From positions 1 to 55,947 of the forward strand of contig JAHEKZ010000011.1 of assembly GCA_024644435.1 (NCBI GenBank): a stretch of DNA of 55,947 nt. The letters run 5' to 3'. The notes under the pieces are model-generated. The model did no database searches and had not been told where the DNA came from. It was given only the letters and a program-made list of their open reading frames with translations. The translations under genes were made by a program, and so were the position numbers. Position 1 is the stretch's first letter, and the number at the start of each line of letters is the position of its first letter. Below, one piece after another: positions 1 through 9,758 of this stretch. This DNA comes from Actinomycetes bacterium. GTDB taxonomy: Bacteria > Actinomycetota > Actinomycetes > JAHEKZ01.

Positions 1-472
1 ACGGGTACACGCAGATGTAGCGCTTGGGGTCCTCGTCGGCGAGGAAGGCCGGAACGTGGCTCTTGTTGAACTCAGCCGGGCGGTGCAACGCCATCTGCGA
101 CCAGACCGGCTCGCACGACGCACCCAGTGCGGTCTGCCGGAACGCTGAGTAGGCGTCCTGCAGGTCGTCGCTGTTCTCGGCGTGCCACCAGATCATGAAG
201 TCGGCGTCCGCGCGCAGGCCCTGCAGGTCGTAGACCCCCCGCACCACGACTCCCTTGTCGTGGAGCTGGTCGAACAGGGTGTCGACCTCGGCGGCGATGC
301 CAGCGCGGTCGGCGGGCTGCTGCGAGGACGTGCGGAACACCGACCACGCGGTGTAGCGGATCACGTCGTTGAGGTCGCGTGCCTGTTTGCCGGTGATCGT
401 GCGGCCGGCCGGACCCGGGCTCGGGGCGGAGGGAGTGCCGGAAGGGGGGCTGGGGGTCTGCGCGTCGCTCAC
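1..472 (-). CDS. hemQ: Coproheme decarboxylase HemQ/ChdC (chlorite-dismutase family), N-terminal ~157 codons only; C-terminus lies beyond the left edge
   Basis: Absent from the ORF track because it runs off the window. My own translation of the minus strand from GTG at 472 gives VSDAQTPSPPSGTPSAPSPGPAGRTITGKQARDLNDVIRYTAWSVFR...DFMIWWHAENSDDLQDAYSAFRQ...PAEFNKSHVPAFLADEDPKRYICVYP, open to position 1. Starts 10 nt downstream of the hemY stop, the usual actinobacterial order. Confidence 0.8.
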   Translation of the reverse strand, partial: MSDAQTPSPPSGTPSAPSPGPAGRTITGKQARDLNDVIRYTAWSVFRTSSQQPADRAGIAAEVDTLFDQLHDKGVVVRGVYDLQGLRADADFMIWWHAENSDDLQDAYSAFRQTALGASCEPVWSQMALHRPAEFNKSHVPAFLADEDPKRYICVYP

Positions 473-482
473 CCCCCCATTG

Positions 483-1847
483 TCACCCGTCGCCATCCTC
501 GGCAGCCACTCGGTCTGCAGCATTCCAGCCCGAGGCTATGCACGCCGGGATCCCGACCCCGTCCCAGGCGGCGCCGGCTACCGCAATACCCGCGGGAAGG
601 GACCTGCGTACCCGCGCCACCCGATCGCTATGGCCCACGCGGTACTGCGGCAGCGACCGAACCCACCTGGTCACAGCGCTCGCGCCCGGGGCGTCGCGAA
701 GACCGAGTACATCGGACACCTCGTCGAGCACGACGCGGGTCAGATCGGTGTCGTCGAGGTCGAGACCCCGTCGGTCTCCCTGGCGTCCAACGGAGAACCG
801 CAGCACCTCGCGTCCTGCGGCAGCCCGGCCCACCCACTCCCACTTGCGACTGACGAAGGTTGCCGCCTTCGTGACCCGGCCGGTGCTGGGCGGCACCAGG
901 AAACCCGTTCCCTGCAGTGGCGCGGTCACCGAGTCGGCATCGAACACTGCCGTGACCAGCGCGACAGTGGCGTAGTCGAGGCCGGCCGCCGCTGCGGATG
1001 CCGCAGGTGCGACAGAGCTGAGCAACGGTGCTGCCGCGAACCCAGGGACCGCGACGATCAGCTGATCGGCCACGATCGTCTCTGCTTCGTCGAGCCTCAC
1101 CGACCACTCCCCGCGAACACCATCGACCCCGATCGCCGTTGTGTCGGTCAGCACGCGGACGCCGTTCGCCCGCGCCAACGACGATGGAAGCGATCCCAGC
1201 CCCCCGACGACCGATGCGAACACAGGACCGTCGACCGAGCGGGACCGCATCGCGGCTGCCGCACCGACCAGCGAACCTGCACGCGACACCTCCGCGAGCA
1301 GCCCGGGAAGCGCCGCCTCGATCGAGATCTCATCGGCGCGACCGGCGTAGACACCGCCGAGGAGCGGCTCGACGAGGAGGTCGACGACGGCGTCGCCCAG
1401 CTGACCTCCCACCAGCGCTGCCACCGACATGTCGTCCGGCAAGGGCTCACCCAGAGCCGGCTCACGTGCCAGCCGGTTCAGCGCCGCGTCGCCAAGGACG
1501 GCTCGTAGGTCGGGATCGCTCGCGTTGCTCGGAATGCCGAGCAGCTGCTGACGTGGGAGTGCGACGAGCTCGTCCAGCCACAGGCCCGCACCTGACACCG
1601 CGGGATGCACGAGGTCCCCGGCTCGACCGGCCGCAGCAATGACGTCGAGCCCTTCGGGGCGCCGAGCAAGCAACGACTCGGCTCCCGCATCGAGGGTCAG
1701 CCCGTCGACGACGTGGCTGGTGAGCTTGCCGCCAACAGTGGGAGCGCTCTCGACAACGGTCACGTCGTCGCCGCGTTCAGCGCATCGGTGGGCAGCGGCA
1801 AGGCCGGCGATCCCGCCTCCGATGACGACCGTTCGCGCGACTGACAC
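483..1847 (-). CDS. hemY: Protoporphyrinogen/coproporphyrinogen III oxidase (HemY/CgoX), FAD-dependent
   Basis: 454-aa ORF with GTG start. N-terminal dinucleotide-binding fold VVIGGGIAGLAAAHRCAERGDDVTVVESAPTVGGKL. Lies between hemE and hemQ. Confidence 0.9.
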   Translation of the reverse strand: MSVARTVVIGGGIAGLAAAHRCAERGDDVTVVESAPTVGGKLTSHVVDGLTLDAGAESLLARRPEGLDVIAAAGRAGDLVHPAVSGAGLWLDELVALPRQQLLGIPSNASDPDLRAVLGDAALNRLAREPALGEPLPDDMSVAALVGGQLGDAVVDLLVEPLLGGVYAGRADEISIEAALPGLLAEVSRAGSLVGAAAAMRSRSVDGPVFASVVGGLGSLPSSLARANGVRVLTDTTAIGVDGVRGEWSVRLDEAETIVADQLIVAVPGFAAAPLLSSVAPAASAAAAGLDYATVALVTAVFDADSVTAPLQGTGFLVPPSTGRVTKAATFVSRKWEWVGRAAAGREVLRFSVGRQGDRRGLDLDDTDLTRVVLDEVSDVLGLRDAPGASAVTRWVRSLPQYRVGHSDRVARVRRSLPAGIAVAGAAWDGVGIPACIASGWNAADRVAAEDGDG

Positions 1848-1987
1848 GTCGGTCAGCCTCTCAGAACACGGTCACGAACGGGTGACAGGGCAGCTGGGCT
1901 GGAACCAGCGCGCCGCAATGCGCGTCCTACGCCCCGACACACCCCGACAGCACCGTGTCACTGATGTGATCTAGCCCGGGAGGGGCC

Positions 1988-2995
1988 ATGAGGGGTTCGC
2001 GCACTGCTGCACTGTCGATCGTCACACTCACCGGAAGCGCGGTGTTGCTCGCCGGATGCTCAAGTGGAAGCGACGAGTCCACGTCAGCTCTCAGTGACAG
2101 CGCTGCGGGCAGAACCGGGGATTTCTCGGCGTCGGTCCCAAGAGGAGCCGAAGACACTGCTCTTGTCGGAACTGGAGGTCTTGCCGGAACTGGCGGCGTC
2201 ACACAGGACGGCAGCTCGAAGACAACGGGCAACGGCGTGCTCGCCGATCTCCCGGGCGAACGCGACGTCATCGCCACCGCTGAGATGACCCTTCGCTCGC
2301 AGGACGTCGCCGCCACTGTTGACGCCATCGAGCTCATCGCCAGGTCAGCCGGCGGATTCGTGTCCGGCCGTGATGTCAACAGCAACCCCAACGACCCCAA
2401 GGGCACCCGCGCCGTCATCGTCATCCGGGTGCCGACAACCAAGCTCGACGCGGTCATCAGCCGAGCACAGGATGAAGGCGACGTCGTCCGTGTCACCGCC
2501 GACGAGCAGGACGTCACCCAGACCGTCGTGGACGTCGACAGCCGGGTCAAGAGTGCACGGGCGAGCGTCGACCGCATTCGCTCGCTGCTCAGCGAGGCGA
2601 CGACGATCGGTGAAGTAGTGCGCATCGAGAGCGAGCTGTCGCGTCGCGAAGCAGACCTCGAGTCACTGCTTGCACAACAGCGCTCGCTCGCCGATCAGAC
2701 GTCGCTTGCCACCCTGTCGGTCACCGTGCTCGCACCGGACGCCGTCGAGGCTCCTCCGGAGGAGACGTCCGGGTTCCTTCCCGGCCTGCAGCGCGGATGG
2801 GACGCGCTCGTCGGCCTCGTCGTCGTGGCACTGACCACCATCGGCATCCTGCTTCCGTTCCTCGTCGTGGGTGCCCTGGTCCTGGGTCCGGTCGCCGCCG
2901 CCTGGCGCCGGCGCCACCAGAAGGCGCCAGCCTCCAACGTCTCAACCGGAACCGACGAGGCCCCGCGGGAACGCGAACCGGAGCCGGTGGGCTAG
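1988..2995 (+). CDS. DUF4349-like lipoprotein with C-terminal membrane anchor
   Basis: 335-aa ORF. Lipobox LLAGC near the N-terminus, central coiled-coil-like region (ESELSRREADLESLLAQQRSLADQ), hydrophobic C-terminal segment LVVVALTTIGILLPFLVVGALVLGPV. Confidence 0.65.
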   Translation: MRGSRTAALSIVTLTGSAVLLAGCSSGSDESTSALSDSAAGRTGDFSASVPRGAEDTALVGTGGLAGTGGVTQDGSSKTTGNGVLADLPGERDVIATAEMTLRSQDVAATVDAIELIARSAGGFVSGRDVNSNPNDPKGTRAVIVIRVPTTKLDAVISRAQDEGDVVRVTADEQDVTQTVVDVDSRVKSARASVDRIRSLLSEATTIGEVVRIESELSRREADLESLLAQQRSLADQTSLATLSVTVLAPDAVEAPPEETSGFLPGLQRGWDALVGLVVVALTTIGILLPFLVVGALVLGPVAAAWRRRHQKAPASNVSTGTDEAPREREPEPVG

Positions 2996-3025
2996 TCCTC
3001 ACCGAGGCCTCGGCGAGGCTCTCAC

Positions 3026-4066
3026 CTAGTGCTGCGTTCGCTCGTGCACCTGGCGCACCACCGCGGCCAGCACCTCGGGGTCGCTCGTGGGCAGTACGCC
3101 GTGGCCGAGGTTGAACACGTGGCCTGGCAGCCCGCTCGCCGAATCGAGCACCGCGTCGACCCGGGTGCGTACCGCGTCCGGCGAGGAGAAGATGACGGCC
3201 GGGTCGAGGTTGCCCTGCAGCGCGACACCATCGCCGACCCGGGTAGCCGCATCCGACAGCGAGAGTCGGTAGTCGACCCCGACCACATCGGCGCCGGCGT
3301 CGCGCATAAGAGGAAGCAGCTCGCCGGTGTTCACCCCGAAGTGGATGCGGGGAACACCCGTCTCTGCGAGTGAGGCGAGGATCCGCTGCGAGTGGGGCAT
3401 CACGTAGCGCTGGTAGTCGGAGGCTGAGAGCGCGCCCACCCACGAGTCGAACAGCTGCACCGCAGACGCGCCGGCATCAACCTGCACACGCAGGTAGGCG
3501 GCCGAGATGTCGGCGAGGGTGGACATCAACGCGTGCCAGACGTGCTCGTCGCTGTACATCAATGCCTTGGTGTGCTCGTGGTTCTTCGAGGGCCCACCCT
3601 CAACCAGGTAGGACGCCAATGTGAAGGGTGCACCCGCAAACCCGATGAGCGGCGTGCCCCCGAGCTCAGCAGTGAGCAGGCCGATCGCCTCGGTGATGTA
3701 CCCGACATCGTCGGGCGTGAGCACGCCGATCGCGTCCACCTGTTCGCGACGCCGTACCGGCTCGGCCATCACCGGACCTACCCCGGGCACGATGTCGAGA
3801 TCGACCCCGATGGCCTTCAGCGGTAGAACGATGTCACTGAAGAAGATGGCGGCATCGACGCCGTACCGCCGAACCGGCTGCAGCGTGATCTCGGCGACCA
3901 GCTCTGGCCTGGTGCACGCCTCCAGCATCGTCGTCCCCTCGCGCACCTTGCGGTACTCGGGCAGGGATCGACCGGCCTGGCGCATGAACCAGACGGGGGT
4001 GTGCGGCACCGATTGACGCCGGCAGGCACGAAGGAACGCCGAGTCGGCGAGCAATGGGGCAGACAC
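3026..4066 (-). CDS. hemE: Uroporphyrinogen decarboxylase
   Basis: 346-aa ORF with the hallmark N-terminal motif [16 protein letters not shown] and C-terminal FNLGHGV. Confidence 0.95.
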   Translation of the reverse strand: MSAPLLADSAFLRACRRQSVPHTPVWFMRQAGRSLPEYRKVREGTTMLEACTRPELVAEITLQPVRRYGVDAAIFFSDIVLPLKAIGVDLDIVPGVGPVMAEPVRRREQVDAIGVLTPDDVGYITEAIGLLTAELGGTPLIGFAGAPFTLASYLVEGGPSKNHEHTKALMYSDEHVWHALMSTLADISAAYLRVQVDAGASAVQLFDSWVGALSASDYQRYVMPHSQRILASLAETGVPRIHFGVNTGELLPLMRDAGADVVGVDYRLSLSDAATRVGDGVALQGNLDPAVIFSSPDAVRTRVDAVLDSASGLPGHVFNLGHGVLPTSDPEVLAAVVRQVHERTQH

Positions 4067-4101
4067 GATCAGTCATCGTGTCATGGAAGTTGCTGCCCGG
4101 C

Positions 4102-4947
4102 TCATCCGGCTGCCAGGAGCACGATGCCGCAGAGCGCTCCCCCGACCCCGAGGAGCTGCAGTCGCGTCAGTCGCTCCTTCAGCACGATGCGGGCTAGCAG
4201 CAGAGTGGCAACCGGGTAGAGCGACCCCAGCACCGATGTGACGCTGAGCAGCCCGAGCGTCGACGACCACGCGAAGGCCCCGTTGGCTGCGGCGTCCCCG
4301 GCACCTACGCCGGCCAGACCCGGCAGATCCCGCCACCGCAGGCCCACCAGCCTCGTGAGCAGGACGACGGGGACCACCATGAGCAGCACGCTGGTGGAGC
4401 GCTGGACCACCAGGGTCATGCCGATGCTGGACTCGCCGCCCCCGGCGAGGCAGACGAACGCCCCACCGAAGCCGAGTGCGGCGACCAACGCGAGCACGAT
4501 CGACTTGGCGTGCGCCTCTCTCGCACCATCCTCACGAGGCGCGTCCGGCCCGCTGGCCAAGATGACGCCGACGAACCCCACCACGATGCCGATGTACTGC
4601 AGCGTCGTGGGCTGCTCGCCCTGGCCCAGGCCCCAGACGACCGGCACCACGATCCCGGTGGCGGCGATGGGTGAGACCACCCCCATCGTGCCGATCGACA
4701 GCGCCCAGTAGAAGGACACGAGGCCCACCGGGCCGACGATGCCGGCACCGACCCCCCACCAGAAGTAGCCAGACGGATCGTCGAAGGAGCCGAGCAGCCA
4801 GACCGTGGGAAGGATCATCGCCAGGGCGATCGCCTGCGAGACCAGGACCACCACCACAGCGGCTATCCGCTTGGTGAACAGCCCGCCGAAGAAGTCGGCC
4901 GTGCCCCACAGCACGCTGGACAGTAGTGCGAGGGCGACGGCCATCAC
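4102..4947 (-). CDS. EamA/DMT-family transporter
   Basis: 281-aa, about 10 hydrophobic helices, two-fold internal EamA-like organisation, N-terminal LLSSVLWGTADFFGG. Confidence 0.75.
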   Translation of the reverse strand: MMAVALALLSSVLWGTADFFGGLFTKRIAAVVVVLVSQAIALAMILPTVWLLGSFDDPSGYFWWGVGAGIVGPVGLVSFYWALSIGTMGVVSPIAATGIVVPVVWGLGQGEQPTTLQYIGIVVGFVGVILASGPDAPREDGAREAHAKSIVLALVAALGFGGAFVCLAGGGESSIGMTLVVQRSTSVLLMVVPVVLLTRLVGLRWRDLPGLAGVGAGDAAANGAFAWSSTLGLLSVTSVLGSLYPVATLLLARIVLKERLTRLQLLGVGGALCGIVLLAAG

Positions 4948-5017
4948 GGCAGGTTAGGTGCACGCCGCGCGCGCGTCGCGGGCGGGAGGCCCACCGGCCT
5001 CGACGTACCCTGAGTCC

Positions 5018-5578
5018 GTGACCGTGCCGGATTCCCCACCGGAGACATTCTCCCGAGCCATGGAGTCCCTCCGGGCTGCCCGGATTCGTCCGGAAGTCAG
5101 CTGCGACGAGGCTCCGGCCCCCCAGCGGCTCGCTCCCTTTTCGGTCGCGCTGACCGCCGATGTGGTGGTCGACGACGAAGAGATCGGCTCAGGGCGCTTT
5201 GTTGTCCTGCACAACCCCGACGGGCACGACTCGTGGGAGGGAACCTTCCGCGTGGTCACGTTCGCCCGAGCCAGCCTCGACGTCGAGATGGCAGCCGACC
5301 CGCTCGTCACAGGAGTCGGCTGGTCGTGGCTGATGGAGTGTCTGGCGGCCCACCAGCTCGACATCGTGGCGGCCAGCGGCACGGTGACCAGGGTCGCCTC
5401 CGAAAGCTTCGGCTCGATGGCAGACCGTCCCCCGTCGGCCGAGATCGAGATCCGGGCCTCCTGGACCCCGACCGATGACGCGCTGGGCGACCATCTGTTG
5501 GCCTGGGGCGACCTGCTCTGTACCGCCGCAGGGCTGCCTCCGCTGCCCGCCGGGGTCGTCCCCCTGGGCCGTCGCTGA
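5018..5578 (+). CDS. DUF3000-like conserved actinobacterial protein
   Basis: ORF track frame 4958..5578. I prefer the in-frame GTG at 5018, which leaves a 70-nt divergent intergenic region to the EamA gene. Position next to RNase D and hemE matches remembered synteny. Confidence 0.6.
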   Translation: MTVPDSPPETFSRAMESLRAARIRPEVSCDEAPAPQRLAPFSVALTADVVVDDEEIGSGRFVVLHNPDGHDSWEGTFRVVTFARASLDVEMAADPLVTGVGWSWLMECLAAHQLDIVAASGTVTRVASESFGSMADRPPSAEIEIRASWTPTDDALGDHLLAWGDLLCTAAGLPPLPAGVVPLGRR

Positions 5579-5726
5579 GCGACCGCCCATCTGCTGGGCC
5601 ATTTGGCCTACAGCCTCCCCCGCTGACGTCCGATGAGGAATCAGGTGGGCATTCCGGACTACTCCGGTCCTACCTGCACGATCGGCACAGTCGGACGCCT
5701 AGGCGCTCGACCGGAGGGAGGGACGG

Positions 5727-6344
5727 GTGACCACACTCGTCGAACGTGGCGGGCATCCGCATGCGTTCCGCACTGCCCGCTTCACCGCGCTCGCGGTCGT
5801 CGCAAACCCCAGCGTCCGTGAAGCCGTGGTTCGCCGGCTGCACATCCTGGGAGCTGCCTCGGTCGCCGAGGCCGCGTCCGTCGCCGAGGCTCGCGCCCGC
5901 GCCATCGCTGATGGCCCCCGCGACCTCTGCGTCATGGACCTCGCCCTTCCGGACGGCTCCGGCCTCCAGCTGCTCGGCGAGCTGCGTCAGGCCGGGTGGG
6001 GGCGTTGCGTCGCCCTGTCTCCAGGGGACGACCCGTACTCCGTTCGCGCCGCGATTGCCGCCGGCGTCAAAGGCTTTGTTGTCACCGGCGGGGCGCCGGA
6101 CCCAGCACGAGTAACGCCGGGCCCCAGGGCCCGCGGCACCGGAGGCCCCGAAGGCCTGTCGGCACGCGAGATCGAGGTCTTGCAGCTGGTCGCCGGTGGC
6201 CACTCGAACCGTGACATCGGTGGTGAGCTGAGCCTGTCGGCACTCACCGTGAAGAGCCACCTGGCTCGGATCGCCCGAAAGCTCGGCACCGGGGACCGCG
6301 CCGAAATGGTCGCCGTGGCGCTGCGTGCCGGGGTCATCAGCTAG
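5727..6344 (+). CDS. NarL/LuxR-family response regulator, atypical receiver, no adjacent kinase
   Basis: 205-aa, GTG start preceded by GGAGGGAGGG. C-terminal HTH REIEVLQLVAGGHSNRDIGGELSLSALTVKSHLARIARKLG. Receiver retains the acceptor Asp (VMDLALPDGSG), Ser (VALSPGDD) and Lys (GVKGFVV), but has AN where the N-terminal acidic DD pair normally sits. Confidence 0.8.
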   Translation: MTTLVERGGHPHAFRTARFTALAVVANPSVREAVVRRLHILGAASVAEAASVAEARARAIADGPRDLCVMDLALPDGSGLQLLGELRQAGWGRCVALSPGDDPYSVRAAIAAGVKGFVVTGGAPDPARVTPGPRARGTGGPEGLSAREIEVLQLVAGGHSNRDIGGELSLSALTVKSHLARIARKLGTGDRAEMVAVALRAGVIS

Positions 6345-6370
6345 TCCCGGGCCCGCGTACGGTGGCGCCG

Positions 6371-7620
6371 TGAGCGACCCCGACGAGACCGACGAGGCTT
6401 CCGCGCCTCCGGTCACCATGCTTCTCGAACCACGCGACGGGCTGCCGCCGGTCATCACGACCACTCGCGCGCTCAAGGATGCCGCGTCCTTGCTCGCCGA
6501 AGGGTCGGGACCCATCGCGGTCGACGCCGAGCGGGCCAGCGGCTACCGGTACGGGCACCGCGCGTACCTGGTGCAGATCCGCCGCGCTGGATCAGGGTCC
6601 TTCCTGGTGGACCCGATCGCCTTCACCGACCATTCCCCCCTCGCCGAGGCGATCAACGACACCGAGTGGGTCCTCCACGCGGCCAGCCAGGACCTCCCGT
6701 GCCTCACCGATATCGGACTCCGCCCCCAGCAGCTCTTCGACACCGAACTGGCCGGTCGACTGCTCGGACACCCCCGAGTCGGCCTGGGGGCCATCACCGA
6801 GTCAGTACTCGGTATCGGTCTCGAGAAGGGGCATGCGGCCGTTGACTGGTCAACCCGCCCGCTTCCTGATGACTGGCTGCGCTATGCCGCGCTGGATGTG
6901 GAGGTGCTGGTCGACCTTCGCGACGCCCTCGCCGCCGAGCTGGAGGAGGCCGGCAAGACCGAGTGGGCCCAGCAGGAGTTCGCCGCGATCCTGGCCGCGC
7001 CACCCCCACCCCCACGAGTGGACCCTTGGCGGCGAACCAGCGGCATGCACCGCGTGCGAAAACCTCGTCAGCTCGCCGTCATCCGCGAGCTCTGGCTGGC
7101 GCGCGACGCCCTCGCCCAGAGCCGCGACACCGCCCCAGGTCGCATCCTTCCCGACACCGCCATCGTCTCGGCTGCCGTCGAACAACCGAAGACGCGTGAA
7201 GAGCTGATCGCACTGCCGATCTTCGGAGGCCGGGCGAACCGGCGTCAGGCCGACCGTTGGCTCGCCGCGATCGACCGAGCCCGCACGTGTCCCGATGATG
7301 AGCTGCCGTCACCGAACCTGGTCTCCGACGCTCCTCCGCCGGCGCGCTCCTGGCCAGACAAGAACCCTGAGGCCGCTGCCCGGCTGGCGGCGCTGCGTCC
7401 AGCCGTCGCCGCCATCGCCGACGAACACACTCTTCCGACCGAGAACCTGCTGACACCCGACACGGTGCGCCGAGTTGCCTGGGAACCGCCCGAGGACTGC
7501 TCCGAGACCGGGATCGCTGAGCGGCTGCAGTCACACGGCGCCCGGCCATGGCAGGTCGGGCTCACCGCGCGTCCCATCGCGAAGGCCCTCGACCGCGTCG
7601 ACCGCACCGCCACCCCCTAG
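6371..7620 (+). CDS. rnd: Ribonuclease D (3'-5' exonuclease plus HRDC domain)
   Basis: Track ORF 6325..7620. The GTG at 6371 avoids overlap with the upstream regulator. DEDD exonuclease motifs (IAVDAERASGYRY, VLHAASQDLPCL, YAALDVEVL) and an HRDC-like C-terminal half. Confidence 0.85.
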
Positions 7621-7622
7621 AT

Positions 7623-7670
7623 CGCGCCGAGTGCACACCTGGGTGACGCCGAGGCGCGCCGAGTGCACAC
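7623..7670. repeat. 16-nt direct repeat CGCGCCGAGTGCACAC x2, spaced 32 nt start to start, in a convergent intergenic gap
   Basis: Identical 16-mers at 7623-7638 and 7655-7670, each containing the GTGCAC palindrome. Lies between the stop of rnd (7620) and the stop of the minus-strand gene (7672). Confidence 0.7.
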
Positions 7671-7671
7671 G

Positions 7672-7995
7672 CTAGGACGGGCCGCGGTCGTCGTCCATCA
7701 CGTCATCCGCGCCCCGCATCCGCCAGGCATCGGTCACGAGCTCCTCGAGTCGTTCGACGCCGACCTCTTCGAGCCGCAGCATCACCAATGCTTGACCCCG
7801 GTAGGCCGGCTCGGTGAAGAAGAGGTCCGGCTCGCCCAACAGCAACGCCTGCTTCTCCGCCTCGTCGCCGACGTACAGAACGGCGATGTCGGTTCTGATC
7901 CGGCGACGCTGGCCCGGTCGACGTTCTGGCCACGACCAGACAAACCCTCGACCGGCCACCCGGAAGTCGAAGCCGTCCGAGTCGATCTCGGTCAC
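7672..7995 (-). CDS. Small conserved hypothetical protein, possibly MmcQ/YjbR-like
   Basis: 107-aa ORF with coding-like G/C-ending codon usage. Family assignment is only from overall resemblance (FVWSWPERR...LFFTEPAYRGQALVMLRL). Confidence 0.45.
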   Translation of the reverse strand: MTEIDSDGFDFRVAGRGFVWSWPERRPGQRRRIRTDIAVLYVGDEAEKQALLLGEPDLFFTEPAYRGQALVMLRLEEVGVERLEELVTDAWRMRGADDVMDDDRGPS

Positions 7996-8069
7996 GTGCG
8001 GCAGTGCGAGGGCCAGGCGTCGGACGTCGTCAGCAGCTGCGATCGGAACTCACCGCTCTCTGGAGTCGG

Positions 8070-8867
8070 TCAACTGGCGAGCAGCAGCGAGTCGAGTCCC
8101 CGGGTCAGACCGACGAGCTGAGGAACGGCGCGGACTGCCAGCAGCGTCCCCGCGACGTAAGGGGTCGGCGTCCCACCCGCGTCATGTCTGATCACCAGGC
8201 GTTCGTCCGGTTGCGCGAAGACCACCTCGGTCGACACCACGAAGCTCGGCAGCCGGACCGAGTGCACCTGGGTGCCGCCGATGCTGGCCCCACGTGCCTC
8301 CGGATGGCCGCCGACCTCGGAGACGGGGACGGCCAACGGGTGGCTCGAGATCTGGCCGAGTCGCTCGGCCAGCTCGCGAGCGGTTCCGCTGGGTGCATCG
8401 GGCTTGGAGGCGGATGCGTAGTCGATGATCTCTCGCTGGGGCAGGAACCGAGCCGCGAGCAGTGCCGCGGCCTGCGCCATGGCAGCAGTGAGCGAGAAGT
8501 TGCCAGCTGCCACAACGCCGACCTTCGCAGACCGAGCCGCCGCATCGATCTCGTCGAAGTCGATAGCGGAAAGCCCGCTCGTGCCGATCACCACATGGAC
8601 GCCCGCGCCAATGGCCGTCAGCGCATGGTGCTTGGCGGCGTCGGCAGACGTGTAGTCGACCAGCACCTCGACCTCACGCAGCGCCGACTCGACGTCGGCC
8701 GACACCGAGACCCCGACGGCCGGTCCACCCCACACCTCGCCGAGGTCGCGACCGGCGGCAGAGCGGGACACGGCGCCGCCAAGCACCAGATCCTCTGAAG
8801 CCAGGATGGACTGGGCAATAGCTTGCCCCGTCCACCCAGTTGCCCCGGCCACACAGACAGCAGTCAT
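8070..8867 (-). CDS. DapB-family (dihydrodipicolinate reductase-like) oxidoreductase paralog
   Basis: Start moved to the ATG at 8867 (MTAVCVAGATGWTGQ, Rossmann GxxGxxG). Conserved KPDAPSGTA and VHSVRLPSFVVSTEVVF...LVIRHD blocks typical of DapB. The HH(x)H preceding the Lys is replaced by YASAS. Confidence 0.75.
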   Translation of the reverse strand: MTAVCVAGATGWTGQAIAQSILASEDLVLGGAVSRSAAGRDLGEVWGGPAVGVSVSADVESALREVEVLVDYTSADAAKHHALTAIGAGVHVVIGTSGLSAIDFDEIDAAARSAKVGVVAAGNFSLTAAMAQAAALLAARFLPQREIIDYASASKPDAPSGTARELAERLGQISSHPLAVPVSEVGGHPEARGASIGGTQVHSVRLPSFVVSTEVVFAQPDERLVIRHDAGGTPTPYVAGTLLAVRAVPQLVGLTRGLDSLLLAS

Positions 8868-8985
8868 GAACCATTCCCTCGACGTGCACACCGATCCCTC
8901 ATCGTGTCGTGTTTGACCGCGCAGCGATAGGTCTCGAAGCACGTTCGAACCGGGTCAGGCATGGCGACCTCCGCCTCGTGACAGA

Positions 8986-9726
8986 GTGGGATGGGAGAGT
9001 GGTCGGGTGATTCGCCTCGCCGAACGGATCAGGCGCGATCTTGCCCACCACGCTGACGTCGAACGCGCTGAACAGCAGCAGGCCTACATGAAGTCGGCCA
9101 TGCCCTACCGCGGCGTGCGACTTCCCGAGGTGCGACGGCTCACCGCGGCAGCCCTACGCGAAGACCCGATCGACTCACAACCGGCGCTGGTGGCGACCGT
9201 CACCTCGCTCTGGAACGACGCCGCCTACCGCGAGGAGCGCTATGCCGCCCTGGCAGTGCTCCAGGACCGCGCCCACCGACAGCTGCGCGACGTCCATCTT
9301 CTGCCTCTCTATGACCATCTCGTCATCACCGGACGGTGGTGGGACGTTGTCGATGATCTCGGCACCCATGCGCTCCGCGAGCTGCTCACCGCTCACCCGG
9401 CCCAGGTGGCGCCCGACATCCGCCGCTGGGCTCGCGACAACGACCTATGGCGACGTCGAGCCGCTCTGGTCTGTCAGGTCGGGGCCAAGGGCGCCACGGA
9501 CGCTGCGCTGCTGTCGGACGTGATCACATCGGCGCTCTCCCCGCCCGACGAGGTGCGCAGCAACTTCTTCGTGCGAAAGGGCATCGGCTGGGCCCTGCGC
9601 GACTACGCCAGGACCGATCCGGAGTGGGTGCGCGCCTTCGTCCGGACGCACCGCCAGCACCTCAGCCCGCTGTCGATCCGCGAGGCGACCAAGCACCTCG
9701 CCGGACTTAAGGCTACTGGCGAGTAG
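8986..9726 (+). CDS. DNA alkylation repair protein (AlkD/AlkC-like HEAT-repeat glycosylase family)
   Basis: 246-aa. N-terminal RIRRDLAHHADVERAEQQQAYMKSAMPYRGVRLPEVRRL and C-terminal FFVRKGIGWALRDYAR are characteristic of this family. Confidence 0.7.
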   Translation: MGWESGRVIRLAERIRRDLAHHADVERAEQQQAYMKSAMPYRGVRLPEVRRLTAAALREDPIDSQPALVATVTSLWNDAAYREERYAALAVLQDRAHRQLRDVHLLPLYDHLVITGRWWDVVDDLGTHALRELLTAHPAQVAPDIRRWARDNDLWRRRAALVCQVGAKGATDAALLSDVITSALSPPDEVRSNFFVRKGIGWALRDYARTDPEWVRAFVRTHRQHLSPLSIREATKHLAGLKATGE

Positions 9727-9758
9727 CATCGAGGGACGTCCCCGTCCTTGGAGGTCCT

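Noticed and set aside
182-1508. Plus-strand ORFs 182..853 and 369..1508
   Set aside because: They are antisense to hemQ and hemY. The hemQ frame, missing from the track because it runs off the edge, translates into a clear chlorite-dismutase-family sequence.
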